Positions 38,827-50,233 of a stretch of DNA of 64,000 nucleotides are shown here, piece by piece. The notes beneath the pieces were generated by a model that was given only the letters and a program-made list of their open reading frames with translations, did no database searches and had not been told where the DNA came from. A program made the translations under genes and the position numbers. Origin of the DNA: an uncultured Candidatus Rokubacteria bacterium (lineage in GTDB: Bacteria > Methylomirabilota > Methylomirabilia > Rokubacteriales > DASRDR01). Location: the NCBI GenBank assembly GCA_963708025.1, contig CAVPSB010000014.1, positions 448,001-512,000 of the forward strand, read 5' to 3'. The first letter of the stretch is position 1. Every line of letters begins with the position of its first letter.

Positions 38827-39328
38827 CCTTGGCCGGTGGAACGGAGCTCAGGGGTCCCTTGAGCCGGCTCCCACTGTTGTGGAGGCTGGTCGTCTGCTCC
38901 GGCCGGATCGCTGACCGTCACGGTATTCCCTCTTCATACCGTCTCGAGACCACGATCGACTCGCCGTGGTCGATATGCTCCTTTCGGGATCGGCACCCCG
39001 TCCCGTCATTGGCCGATCGCCTCCGTGGAGTTCGTTTGCGTGGAGGCAGTGTGGCTTGCATCGGGGCGTTACGTGGATGGCGTGCTGGGCACGCCACGCT
39101 CGGATGGCTTCCTCGTCACTGAGGGTGTCCGCAGAGATGAGAACATCAGTCGCGACGAATGCATTGGCTCGAGAGCCCACTATCAGGACTCCGCACCGCT
39201 GATCTTCGTGCGGTGTCCAGAGAATGGCGGCTCGGAGACTCGGGTCCTCCTGCCGCGTGCCTGTCGCTGCCATCTGTCTTCCCGTTGCCCGTTAGGCACA
39301 AGACGCTGCGAGCGTCAGGGGGTGTCCT

Positions 39329-39990
39329 TCACGGAGTACCGTGCTCATCGTCCGGATAGGGCTCGGTTCCTGGCGCAGATCCACCTGGACAGGAGCGATT
39401 CGGATCGGGTGCGTTCCTAGCGGCATTCTTGGCCTTCCGGTGCCCGAACCAAGGAGGCGAAGCGGTCCATGCGGGCGCCAGGGCCCGCTCTGCGTCCGGC
39501 CGGCGCTTGAGGAACGCCGAGAGCGCGCGGCCGTCGGCAGCCAAGAGCGGCCAAGGAGCCGCCCCGGCCTCCGTGGCCGCGCGGAAAACGACTGCGGCGC
39601 TGTAGCGGCCCTTCGTGGGGAAGAAGCCGAGCTCCATGCCGTCGAGGGGGAGGGGCTCGCGATCCTGGCGGTGGTGCCGGAGGCGCTCACGGAGGCGTCC
39701 GACCCGAGCCTCGCCGGCCTGGAGGAGCGCCCCGAGCCGCCGTGTTTCGGTGTCATCGGGGACCGGCGCCTCGTCCACGGCCTCGAGGGCGGCCTGGCCG
39801 GCCGGACACCGGTTCACCCAGGGGCAGGTGCCGCAGGCGGTCGAGGGTCGCGGAGGAAAGGCGGCAGGATCTTCCGGGCGGGCCAGGGCGTCGGCGATGA
39901 CGGCCGCCGTCGTCTGTGCCCAGGCGAGCGTCTCGACGGCGTCCGCTCGGGCGAAGGTCGTCCGGGCGACACGGCCGGTGCGCAGGTCCC
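39329..39990 (-). pseudogene. C-terminal fragment of a PD-(D/E)XK (AddB/Cas4-like) nuclease
   Basis: FPPRPSTACGTCPWVNRCP (CxxC-x5-C cluster tail); N-terminus missing, abuts the repeat array. Confidence 0.5.
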
Positions 39991-40007
39991 AACCCCCAAC
40001 CTGACTC

Positions 40008-40800
40008 AGATCGGTGCCCCGCCCCCGAAGGGGCCCGAAAGCCGACGAGATGGAAGACGAACAGCGGCCCCCCCCACCGGATCAGACCGCCGCCGTCCCA
40101 ACTCGCCACCGACCTCCCACGACAGCGCGCGCGGGAGCCGAACGCGCCACGGTGTACCCCGATGTGTCATGCACGCTCTTTCCTCCGCAACCCGATCGAC
40201 CCAGCCCACCGCGACCCAGGGCGATCCGTCGGACGCCACACTTCGTCCCTCACCGACGGCCCGATCCGCAGGAGACCGGACTGCCACTCCCAACCCGACC
40301 CGACAATCCGACACGATCGCTGACAGACTCCTCCCGAGGGTGACGGGGGCCGACGTCCAAGATCGGTGCCCGCCCCCGAAGGGGCCCGAAGGCCGACGAG
40401 ACGGAAGACGGACAGCGGACCTCCCCACCGAATCAGACCGCCGCCGCCTCAGGCGATCACCGACCTCCCACGGCAACGCGCGCAGGAGCCGAAGGCGCCG
40501 ACCCCTCACCGACGACCGCGTTGCTCGGCCCCGGTCTTCCGCGTCCATCCGACAGCCCGTGGTCACCGCGCCACTCCCACAACCGCGACCCACCGACACC
40601 GCGACACGGCCGCAGGCAGACTCCTCCCGAGGGTGACGGGGGCCGACGTCCACGATCGGTGCCCCGGGCCCGAAGGGCGACGAGAGGGAAGATGAACAGC
40701 GGACCCCCAGCGAATCAGACCGGCGCCGCCCCAGGCCACCGCCGACCTCTCACGGCAGCGCGCGCGGGAGCCGAAGGCACCGACCCCTCACGGACGATCA
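40008..40800. repeat. Three degenerate direct repeats of a ~150-190-bp unit, ~300-350 bp apart
   Basis: GATCGGTGCCC..GGGCCCGAA..GACGAGA.GGAAGA..ACAGCGG..ATCAGACCG..CCGACCTC.CACG..GCGCGC.GGAGCCGAA at ~40009, ~40361, ~40654; CAGACTCCTCCCGAGGGTGACGGGGGCCGACGTCCA at 40324 and 40617. Confidence 0.8.
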
Positions 40801-41654
40801 CACCCGCCGCGACGTGGGCGGCCCTGCCCTCCGCATGCCCCGCGCCGATCCGAGGCCCCACGGTCGGACCCCGTCGATCCTCCGGTGCCGCGCGCTGCCG
40901 CCACGCCACTCCACGATTGGTGATCGACTCGCCAGCATAGGAATCTCATTAGGCGTGCCGCTGGGCGGTGCCGCTCGGAGACCCGGCTGGAAGTCGGCGT
41001 CCCTCCAGCGGGTTTTTGATTCGGAGCGCGGCGACGTCGCCCTGACAGGGTGGCTCGTCCTGGCCGGGCCCTCAGCGGCGGAACGATCGCAGCAGCCGGT
41101 CGAGCCGGGCATCGGTGTCGGGCCACGGGTCCGGGGACCCGTCTGGCGCGCGCCCGCCATGGGGCGGATCCGGTCGGGTCACGAGCGCCGCCTCGTTCCC
41201 CGAGGCAGGTCCGTGCGATCGCCGATCGGGCCGGGAGGTCGGGACCCCCTCGCCCCCGGCGCGGCCGTCGTCGGCCCCGGGCGCGTGCCGTGACGAGCGC
41301 CCGCACGGCCTGGCGATCAAGAGCGGGACGATCCGCGTGGTGCGCGTCGGGATCGCCGCGCAGCCGGTCCGAAGGACCGCCTTGATGGCCCGGCCGCGCC
41401 CGCTGGGAGGGAGTGCCTAGACCAGGCCGAGGACCTCCAGGTCCTCGGACCGCTCGAGATTGAAGTACACGCTCAGGTAGGTCTGCGACGAAGACGCGCG
41501 AGACACGGTCATCGCGCGCGGCGAGCAGGGGGACACGCCGCGGCTCCTGCTGGGGCCATGCTCGGCGTCTATCAGATCTCTGATAGACGTCTGATATGAT
41601 TTGATACGCTCGCGGCGTCTCGGAGTTCGCCGCCCGGCTGCCGGGCGTTCTGGT

Positions 41655-41920
41655 GTTGACGCTCTCCATTCTCGCGGTCGCGGGCGCGGGAGACGGCTCG
41701 TAGGAGAGCGCGCCGCGCTCCTCGGGGCCGCCCTCTACGCCGCCAACGGGTTCCTCCTCGACCTCGCCGGCGGCCGGGTTGCGACGGACCACATCGACAC
41801 GCTCTTCGTGTCGCTGGTGGCGCTCGGGGCTTTTCTGTCCGTTGACGAGGCCGACGGCGAGCGCGAGGACTGGCGAAAGCTCGTCGGACTCGGCGCGATC
41901 ACGGGGCTCGCTCTCCTGGA
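41655..41920 (+). pseudogene. Fragment of an ArnT/GT39-like membrane glycosyltransferase
   Basis: GRRLVGERAALLGAALYAANGFLL..TDHIDTLFVSL..GAITGLALL; no credible start or end. Confidence 0.4.
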
Positions 41921-42119
41921 GCGCCGCCAACCCCTGCGCGGTGATCTTGCCCTCCGGCGCGCCGGCCCCGGGTGGGTCCGGCGCCCTGGGGCGGGGAGTC
42001 GACGCAGCGGTTTCCGCCATCACCCCGCTTGGGCGCGGCTCTTCCTTTGCCACGGGACTCGCCCTGCCGGTGTCGAACCCTCACCAAACAGCAAACAGCT
42101 GCAGCTTCCCGAGCGCGCA

Positions 42120-42720
42120 TGGTGCCGGTCGGGACCTGGCGGTCCTTCCGCTGCGCGAGAGGCCGGTCGGCTTGGTTCGCGCTCACCGATCCCGCGCGCA
42201 CGGCATCGACCAGGTCGGGCGGCCGTTCCCGGACGATCCGGTCCAGCTGCCGGGTGGCTCGCTCGCTCATCCCGACCGTCCGTCCTCGCCCACGCTGCGT
42301 GGGGACCGTCGGACCCGAGCCCGCGACGCGTCCACGCCGGAGGTTGGCCGCGCGTCGGTTCACGACGCTGAGCTGGACCTCGGCCTGGGTCAGATCGAGG
42401 ATCAGCCGCCGGAGGTGGGGGGCGTCGATGCGCCGCCGGCCGGCGTCGAGGGCCGCCCTCGTGCTCTCGAGCTGCATGCGGTCGCTCTGCGAGCCCGCCT
42501 CGGGTACGGCGACGAGTCGGACCGGGACCTCCGTCAGGCCGAACGCCCGTGCCAACTCGAGCCGATGCACGCGGTCCACGACGCGCCCGTCCGGCAGGAT
42601 CAGCAACGGGTCCCGGACGCCGGACTCCTTCAGGAGCTGCCGCAGCATCTCCCAGCTCGGCGTTCCGCGGAACGAGGGGATCTCGATGAAGCGGGGCGCA
42701 TACGGTCTGAGCCCTACGAC
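42120..42720 (-). pseudogene. ParB-like N-terminal domain plus HTH protein, degenerate
   Basis: LKESGVRDPLLILPDGRVVDRVHRLELARAFGLTEVPV (canonical DGxHR is altered); GMSERATRQL..DAVRAGSVS. Confidence 0.55.
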
Positions 42721-43029
42721 TGACCGCCACTGGATGGGGCCGACCCGGTCGGCGGAGAGCTCCGATGCCCATACCGGGACGGGGATGGCGCCGCCAGGCC
42801 GCCGCCCCCGTCGGGCTCCAGGACTTCCCCGGAGGGTATGGGCGGGGCGTTGCCGCCGAATGCCGGGGCCAGGGAGAGCGGCTCGCTCATAGTCAGGATG
42901 CCCTCGATGACTACTCGTCAGTCCGGTCCCGCGGACGCCGGGGTCCGCCATGGGAGAGATGGGAACGTGACCCGATGGCCGGCACCCCCGATATCGGCGC
43001 AACCGGTGGGCGCTCGGTGCGCCCCCTCG

Positions 43030-43273
43030 AGCCGCTGGGAGAGGAGCCGACGCGATGTCGCGACCATTGCGCGGATCTCCTCCACTGGCCGGTCGAGGAG
43101 GCGACCGATCTGGTGGGCGGATCGGGCGACATCGTCCTCGAGGCCCCAGTGGAGGGACAGGACGTGCTGGACCTCGGACGACAGAGCCTCGAAGGCGGCG
43201 CGTAGCCGCTCGCGCTCGATGCCTGCGGAGGCGTCTCCGGTCTACGCTGCCGCCGTTGTCGCTCGGTCGCCAT
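43030..43273 (-). pseudogene. Sigma-70 region-4-like HTH protein, frameshifted
   Basis: GGGAGG-ATG at 43273; alternative frame RLRAAFEALSSEVQHVLSLHWGLEDDVARSAHQIGRLLDRPVEEIR. Confidence 0.45.
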
Positions 43274-43362
43274 GCCTCCCTTTCCGGGAGGCTGGCACCT
43301 CCGACCGCCCACACGTCGCTACGTCCGGGCCACCCTCCCGGGGCAGGATGCCCGACCGGGCA

Positions 43363-43480
43363 GGTGATCACGATGACCGATCTCGGTGATCACGACACCG
43401 ATCCCGGTGGTCATGATCGACCGATCTGGGTGATCACGATGGACCGATCCTGGTGCTCACGATGGGCCAAGACGCGCACA
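43363..43480. mobile_element. Solo IS21-family-like end with repeat array
   Basis: Five 21-23-bp units GGTGATCACGATG.ACCGATC ending ..GACGCGCACA (terminal CA); no transposase adjacent. Confidence 0.65.
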
Positions 43481-43661
43481 AGGTCCGCGTCACTACAGCG
43501 TCCCCGTCGTCTAGGCTAGCCTACTAGGACCCGAGATTTTCAATGGGCGGGCGGCGCCTGCACTTCCAGATACTTCCGGCCGGCTTTGGACGTCGGGTTG
43601 TAGCTCTCGTGACAGTTCTGCCATAATCCCGAGGGGATGGCCGACACGGCTTCGGTCGGTC

Positions 43662-46600
43662 ATGACCACCCTGGCTCTCCACAAGCCATGGGGCTACGGC
43701 CAAGGGGGCTTCGCCTCACATATGCTCGTAGCTGAACCGGACATTCCGCGGCCGCCACGTCGTGCACCGGGTAGGCCGCATCGCGTCGTCTCCGCATGTC
43801 TGGTTTCCTTGCGCTTCGCGGGCCGGAGCGCCCGGTCGGCTCTCCTGGCCCTCATGGCGCTCGGTCTGCTCGCCCCCGGTACCCTGGTGGCGGAGGAGCC
43901 AGGATCCCCGAAGGCCGTTCTCATCCTGCTCCCGGACCAGCCGACCCTTCCAGGGACCCAGCTCCTGCTGGCCGGGATACGCGGGCCGCTCGTCACGACC
44001 TGGGGGTCCCGCGTCAGCATCTACAGCGAACACGTGGACATCGAACGCTACCAGGGGGCGGACGTCGAGCGCAGGGTTCGTGATGCGTTCCAAGCCAAGT
44101 ACGCGGGCGTGCCGCTCGATGCCATCGTCGCCTTTCAACCCTCCCCGCTCGGGTTCCTGGCCCGCTGGGGCCGTGACCTCTGGCCCGGGGTGCCGGTCGT
44201 GGTGGCCGGGGTGGACGAGCTCTTGCTGACCCGGCTCGAGCTTCCTCCAAGGGTGGCCGCCATCCCGATGCGGTACGACGTCGAGGGCACGGTGCGCCTG
44301 GCCCTCCGCCTGCTGCCGGAGACCCGGCGAGTGGCGTTGATCAGCGGCGTGTCGCCGCAGAATCGGCACTTCGCCGACCTGCACCGGGAGCGGCTTCGAG
44401 CCTTCGGCGACCGGATGGAGCTGATCGACCTGACCGGCCTGAGCCTGGAGGAGATGCTGACGCGCGTCGCCGCGCTTCCCGAACACTCGATCCTCTTGGT
44501 GTCTCTGGTCTGGATCGACGGTGCCGGGCGATCCCTCGTCGGGCTCGACCTCCTGCCCCGGGTGTCGGCCGCGGCCAACCGCCCCGTGTTCTCCGTGTTC
44601 GGCCCGACGGTTGGGGCCGGCGCCGTGGGGGGCTCGATGGTCGACCTCCTGGAGCTGAGCGCGGAAGCGGGCCGGGTCGCGGTGCGCGTCCTGCGCGGCG
44701 AGGCGGTGCCGCCGTCGGAGGCCAGCCAGGTGAGCCAGCAGGTCGTCGTTGACTGGCGCCAGCTCCGGCGCTGGGGGCTCGACGAGCACCGGCTGCCGCC
44801 CGGCGCGCTGGTGCTCCACCGCGAGCCGACCCTGTGGGAGCAATACCGCTGGGCGGTCGTCTCGTCCCTGGGTGTTCTGGTCAGCCAGACGCTCGTCGTC
44901 GTGGCGCTGCTCTTCGAGCGGCGCCGGCGGCGGCGCGCGCAGGTCGCACTCGAGGACCGCCTGCGCTTCGAGACGCTGCTGACCGAGATCTCCACCGGCT
45001 TCGCCGACCCGCCGGGCGGCGTGCTGCGGGAGCCCGACCGAACACTCCGTCCGACGAACGGCGTCGAGGAGCAGGTCCGCGAAGGCCTCCGCCGGATCGC
45101 CGAAGGGCTCGGCGCGGAGGGCGCGAGCCTCTGGCGGTTCTCGACCGCAGGAGCGTCTCTCGCCGTGTCGTGGTCGCAGGAGGGGCTCAGCGCACCGCCC
45201 TCTGAGATCTCGCTCGATGACTATCCCTTCCTGCGGACGAGGGTGATGCGTGGAGAGGCCCTGCGGTTCCGGAGTCTGGACGAGCTGCCACCCGAGGCGG
45301 GCGTCGATCGGCAGAGTCTCTTGCGACTGGGGGTCCGGTCGTTGGTCGTGGTCCCGTTTGAAGCCACGAGCGCGGAGCCCCGCGCGACCGCCTGCCTGAC
45401 GCTGCGGAATGGGGAGACCTGGCCGGACGACGTCGTCCAGCGGCTTCGGACGGTCGGAGAGATGTTCGCGGGCGCCCTGGCCCGGGCCCAGGCGGTGGCC
45501 GCGCTGAGCGAGAGCGAGGCGCGGTTTCGCTCCATGGCGGATACCGCGCCCGTGCTTATCTGGATGTCCGGTCTCGACAAGGGCTGCACGTTCTTCAACA
45601 AGGGCTGGCTGGACTTCACGGGACGCACCATGGCGAGTGAACTGGGCAGTGGTTGGGTCGAGGGCGTGCATCCCGATGATGTCAACCGCTGTCTCGAAAC
45701 GTGTGTCAGCGCCTTCGACCGTTGACAATCGTTCGCGACGGAATACCGCCTGCGCAGGCACGATGGGGAGTACCGCACCATCGTGGACAAGGGCGTGCCG
45801 CGGTTCGCGCCGGACGGGACATTTCTCGGGTACATCGGGTGCGGCGACGACATCACCGAGCGCAAGCGAGGCGAGGAGCTGCGACGGCAGGTGCTGGAAG
45901 CGGCTCCAAACGCGATGATCATGGTCAACCAGGAGGGCCGGATCACCCTGGTGAACGCCGCCGCGGAGACGGTCTTCGGCTACGCCCGCGAGGAGCTCAT
46001 CGGGTCTGCCATCGAGATCCTGATCCCCGAGCGCTTCCGGTCTGACCACCCGCGCGATCGCACCCACTACTTCGCCGATCCCACGGTGCGGATGATGGGG
46101 GCGGGGCGCGAGCTCTACGGTCGTCGCAAGGACGGTAGCGCGATTCCGGTCGAGATCGGGCTCACGCCCGTCCAGACACCGGAAGGGCTGTTCGTGCTGG
46201 CGTCCGTCGTCGACATCACCAGGCGAAAAGCCGCCGAACTGGAGGAGCAGCGGCGTCGCGCGGAGCTCGCCCACGCGGCGCGCATCTCCACCATGGGCGA
46301 GCTGGCGGCGTCGCTGGCGCACGAGCTGAACCAGCCGCTCACGGCGATCCTGGCGAACGCCCAGACCGCCCAGGAGTGGCTCGCGGCCCCCGCCCCCGAC
46401 CTCGCGGAGCTCCGGGACATGGTGGACGACATCGTCGCCGAGAACATCCGGGCGAGCGAGGTGATCCGGCGGATGCGTGCGATGCTCAAGAAGGGCGAGC
46501 TCCGCTCGGACGCCGTTCGACCTCAATGAAATCGTCCGCGAGGTCACGCGGCTGATCGCCAACGACGCCCTGCTCCGCGGCGCCTCGATTGACCTCGACC

Positions 46601-47004
46601 TGTCGCCGGCGCTGTCGAGGGTCCGGGGCGACGCCGTCCAGTTCCAGCAGGTCCTGCTGAACCTGCTCGTCAACGGACTCCACGCGGTGGCCGATGAACC
46701 CCCGCACCGGCGCCGGTTGATCGTCCGCACCGCCGGCGTGGACGGCGGCGTCGAGGTGTCGGTGCGGGACACGGGCAAGGGGATCGCCGAGAGCGACCTC
46801 CCCCAGGTCTTCACGCCGTTCTTCACTACGAAGGGCGAGGGCCTCGGGGTCGGACTGTCCATCAGCCAGTCGATCGTCGAGACGTTCGGCGGCCGGATCT
46901 GGGCCGAGAACGAGCCCGATGGCGGCGCGATCTTCCGGATCCGCCTGCCGGCCGGCGCGACCGCAGCCGGGCCACCGGGACGCACCGCTGATCTTCCTGG
47001 TTGA
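43662..47004 (+). CDS. Sensor histidine kinase (periplasmic domain-TM-GAF-PAS-PAS-HisKA-HATPase), FixL/NodV-like; frameshifts near 45722 and 46510
   Basis: [60 protein letters not shown]. Confidence 0.85.
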
Positions 47005-47584
47005 CGACGACGCGGGCGTCCGCAAGGCGCTCGCGCGCCTCCTCAGGTCGGCCGGCCACGAGGTCGAAGCGTTCGCCTCGGCCCGCGAGTTCCTCGCCCG
47101 CGAGCGGTACGATGGGCCCGGCTGCCTGGTCCTCGACCTCCGGATGCCGGAGATGACGGGCCTCGAGCTGCAGGACGCTCTGGAGCGCGCTGGTCACACT
47201 ATCCCGGTCGTCTTCATCAGCGGTCACGGAGACATCCCGGCGAGCGTGCAGGCCATGAAGGCCGGGGCGACGGACTTCCTCACCAAGCCGGTGCAGAACC
47301 GTCATCTCCTCGCGGCCATCGAGCAGGCCCTGGCCCGCGCCGCGGCGGCCCGGGCCGACCGGGCCGAGCGGGACGCGGCCCGGGCGCGCATGGCGGGCCT
47401 GACCCCACGCGAGCGCCAGGTGTGCGCGCTGGTGGCCACCGGCCTGCTGAACAAGCAGATCGCCGCCGAGCTCGGAACCGGCGAGAAGAACATCAAGCTG
47501 CACCGGGCCCACGTCATGCAGAAGCTCGGCGTGGGCTCGGTCGCCGAGCTGGTCCGCCTCGTAGACCGCGCCGGTCTCGCCTGA
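46919..47584 (+). CDS. FixJ/NodW-type response regulator (start uncertain)
   Basis: LVDDD, LDLRMP, GHGD, DFLTKP, LTPRERQV..NKQIA..HRAHVMQKL. Confidence 0.9.
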   Translation: MAARSSGSACRPARPQPGHRDAPLIFLVDDDAGVRKALARLLRSAGHEVEAFASAREFLARERYDGPGCLVLDLRMPEMTGLELQDALERAGHTIPVVFISGHGDIPASVQAMKAGATDFLTKPVQNRHLLAAIEQALARAAAARADRAERDAARARMAGLTPRERQVCALVATGLLNKQIAAELGTGEKNIKLHRAHVMQKLGVGSVAELVRLVDRAGLA

Positions 47585-47704
47585 CCCTCGCGGGCTCCCG
47601 CGGGTCAGGCGGCCCTCCCGGGCCGGGCAAAGCGGGCGAGAGTGCTCCGAGTCGTGGCTCGAGCGTAGCTCGGGTCCCGTCCGGTCCGCCCGTCGGCCCG
47701 GGCG

Positions 47705-48082
47705 CTAGCCCTTCGCCGTGGGCGTGATCGCGTGCCTGACAGCCTCCACCAGCCTGTCCCGGTCGAGCGGCTTGCGCAGCCAGGTGACGAATCCTGCGCT
47801 CCGAGATGTCTCGCGAGCGCCCGGGTCATCGCCCGCCGTGATGAAGACGATGGGGATCGCCACCCCATCCTCGAGCAGGGCCTGCCTCAGCTCCACGCCG
47901 CTCATCCCCGTCAGTTTGACATCGAGGACGAGGCAGTCCGGGGTGGATCCGGGCGAGTGCGCGAGGAACTCCTCGGCGGACTCGAATGGCGTCACCGTGA
48001 AGCCCGCGGCCCGCAGGAGGCGGGCGAGAGCCTTCCGAACCGCCGCGTCATCATCGACGAGCGCGACAGTGTGTGCGGTCAT
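47705..48082 (-). CDS. Single-domain response regulator receiver
   Basis: VALVDDD, LDVKL, FITA, LRKP. Confidence 0.85.
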   Translation of the reverse strand: MTAHTVALVDDDAAVRKALARLLRAAGFTVTPFESAEEFLAHSPGSTPDCLVLDVKLTGMSGVELRQALLEDGVAIPIVFITAGDDPGARETSRSAGFVTWLRKPLDRDRLVEAVRHAITPTAKG

Positions 48083-48129
48083 GCGGCTACCATCCAAGGC
48101 CATGGTCAGATATCCGCGAGGTGCCCGCT

Positions 48130-48147
48130 ACTGGACCAAAGTCCAGT
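48130..48147. promoter_or_regulatory. Palindromic operator candidate in a divergent promoter region
   Basis: ACTGGAC-caaa-GTCCAGT. Confidence 0.55.
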
Positions 48148-48410
48148 TGATGTCCCTCCGCCGGGATGCGAGAACTGACGTTCACAGAATACGGTCGAGT
48201 AGGGACACGTGAGACGACCCGCTTGCCGCTGATCGGCGCGTGAGTCGCGACAACGGACGGCGTCCGGGCAATTGCGGCGTGGCAAGGCGTTGCCCAAGTT
48301 CGAGCATGCGAACTAACGGCTGGGCTACGACGACGGAGGGGTGGCCCCCCCGCGTCGGGCGCCGCCGAGCCAACCAGGTACCAACGACCGACAGGACGAG
48401 GAGCAGTCAG

Positions 48411-49110
48411 ATGAAGCGCATTCGCGGATGGCAGATGGCGATGGTGATCACTCTCCTGACGCTCGGCGCCGCGGCGCCGGCCTCGGCGGAATGGTTCGCC
48501 GACCTCTACGTCGGCGGCGCGATCTACACGGACCCCACCATCGAGACGAACGTCCAGACGGCCGCCGGCAGCGTCTCGCGCGAGAGGACCAAGGCAGAAG
48601 CCGACAACGATGTCACCTTCGGCGGTCGCTTCGGCTACTGGCTGGAAAGCCTTCCCTGGCTCGGCTTCGCGAGCGACGTCTCCTACTTTCGAGCCGGAGT
48701 ATCACCCCCAGGGCGGGAGTGGCGCCCTCATCAAGGCCAAGCTCCGGGTGGTCCCGATCACGCCCCTGGTGATGCTGCGGCTGCCGCTGCTCCAGAGCCC
48801 CGAGTATCCGGCCGGCCGGCTCCAGCCGTACGTGGCCGCCGGCCCGGGATTCTTCGTGCTCGACACGACGGTCCGGGTCGCGTCCGGCTTGGGGCCGCAA
48901 GAAGTCTCGGAGACCGGCGTGGACATCGGCGCGGATCTTCGAGCCGGTGTCGCCTGGAACTTCACCCCGAACTGGGCGATCTTCGGCGAGTACCGGTTCA
49001 CCCACTTTTCCGTCTCGCCGAGCCGCAACACCCCGGGGGGGCGCATCTCCACCGACTTCGACATCGACACCAACTCCTTCCTGGCCGGGATCAGCTACCG
49101 CTGGCGATAG
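48411..49110 (+). CDS. Outer-membrane beta-barrel, paralog of 16385-17032; frameshift near 48700
   Basis: ASAEWFADLYVGG, GGRFGYW, PWLGFASDVSYF, LQPYVAAG, C-terminal ISYRWR. Confidence 0.7.
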
Positions 49111-49217
49111 CGCCTCGTAGTGCTGGACATAAGCTCCCGGCCTCGATGAGGCCGGGAGCGAGCTGAGGACGACATGACGGGAAGCAAGCTGGCCTGGTCG
49201 AGCGGGCGAGGGACTCG

Positions 49218-50147
49218 GTGACGGACATCGGGCGATGGGCTTGCCTCGGACTGATGACCATGGTCCTGGCGCTGCTCCCGTCGCGCGGCCATGCGGACGA
49301 ACCGGGGACGCGGGGCCGCGGGTTCGGGCTGCTCGAGTCCACCGCTGGAGGCGACCCCGCATCCGTGGTCGGCCAGAGCACCATCGCCTCGCCGATGCCC
49401 GGGTCCGTGCTGATCGCCCAGGCCGGCGGAACGGGGCCGGAGGTGGGACCGGACGCGCCGGCCGAGGGGTGGCAGTTCCGTCTGGCTCCCTATCTCTGGG
49501 CGCCGCGCACCAAGATGACGCTCGACGTGGGCCGGCTCAGCCAGTTCGACCACCATCGACTTCGTGGACATCGTCCCTCAGCTCCATTTCGCCTTCGCCG
49601 CTCACGTCGAGGCCACGCGGCGAGAGTGGACCGGGTTCCTCGACCTCCTGTACATGAGCGTGGGCCAGAGCGAGACACACGGCGGCATCCCCGTGAGCCT
49701 GGGCCTCCAGCAGGGGCTCTTCGAGTTCGGCGGGACGTACCGCCTCGGCCCCGTGTCGCTGGGCCGGGCGGGCCGGCTCACGTTCGAGCCGCTGGCCGGC
49801 GGCCGCTTCATCTGGGTGCACGGGTCGCTCGGCTTCCCGAACCAGAAGGTCTCGGACAGCGCCAGCGTGATCGACCCGATGGTCGGGGGCCGCATCACCT
49901 ACCACATCACGGACACGGTGGCGCTCTGGTTCCGCGGGGACGTGGCGGGCTTCGGGATCTCCGACAGCCAGACGAAGCTCACGTACAACCTCATCGCGGG
50001 GCGTCGAATGGCGGTTCCGCCACGCGTCCGCCCTGGCTGGCTGGCGCTACATGAACATCGATGTCGAGAAGGGCAGCGGGTCGAGGACCTTCAATGCGGA
50101 CATCGAGATGTACGGGGCCGTTCCTCGGGCTCAACATCCACTTCTGA
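49218..50147 (+). CDS. Outer-membrane beta-barrel protein, several frameshifts
   Basis: WQFRLAPYLWAP, FLDLLYM, DPMVGGR, RGDVAGFG, C-terminal GPFLGLNIHF. Confidence 0.65.
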
Positions 50148-50233
50148 ATCGCGGGGTCCGTCGAGGAGCGCGGGTCGAGAAGCCTGTTGGCCATGAAACA
50201 GGGACCGGCACGGCTCGTCGCTGGAGGCCACTG

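Noticed and set aside
40008-40800. CRISPR array associated with the Cas4-like fragment
   Set aside because: Units are ~150-190 bp and degenerate; the nuclease piece is only a generic PD-(D/E)XK tail.
43363-43480. CRISPR array
   Set aside because: Repeat units abut with no unique spacers and there are no cas genes; the pattern fits an IS21-type end.
1836-46985. Very long antisense ORFs (for example 1836-4586, 12747-16124, 31174-35520, 43716-46985)
   Set aside because: Shadow frames of high-GC genes with no recognisable motifs.
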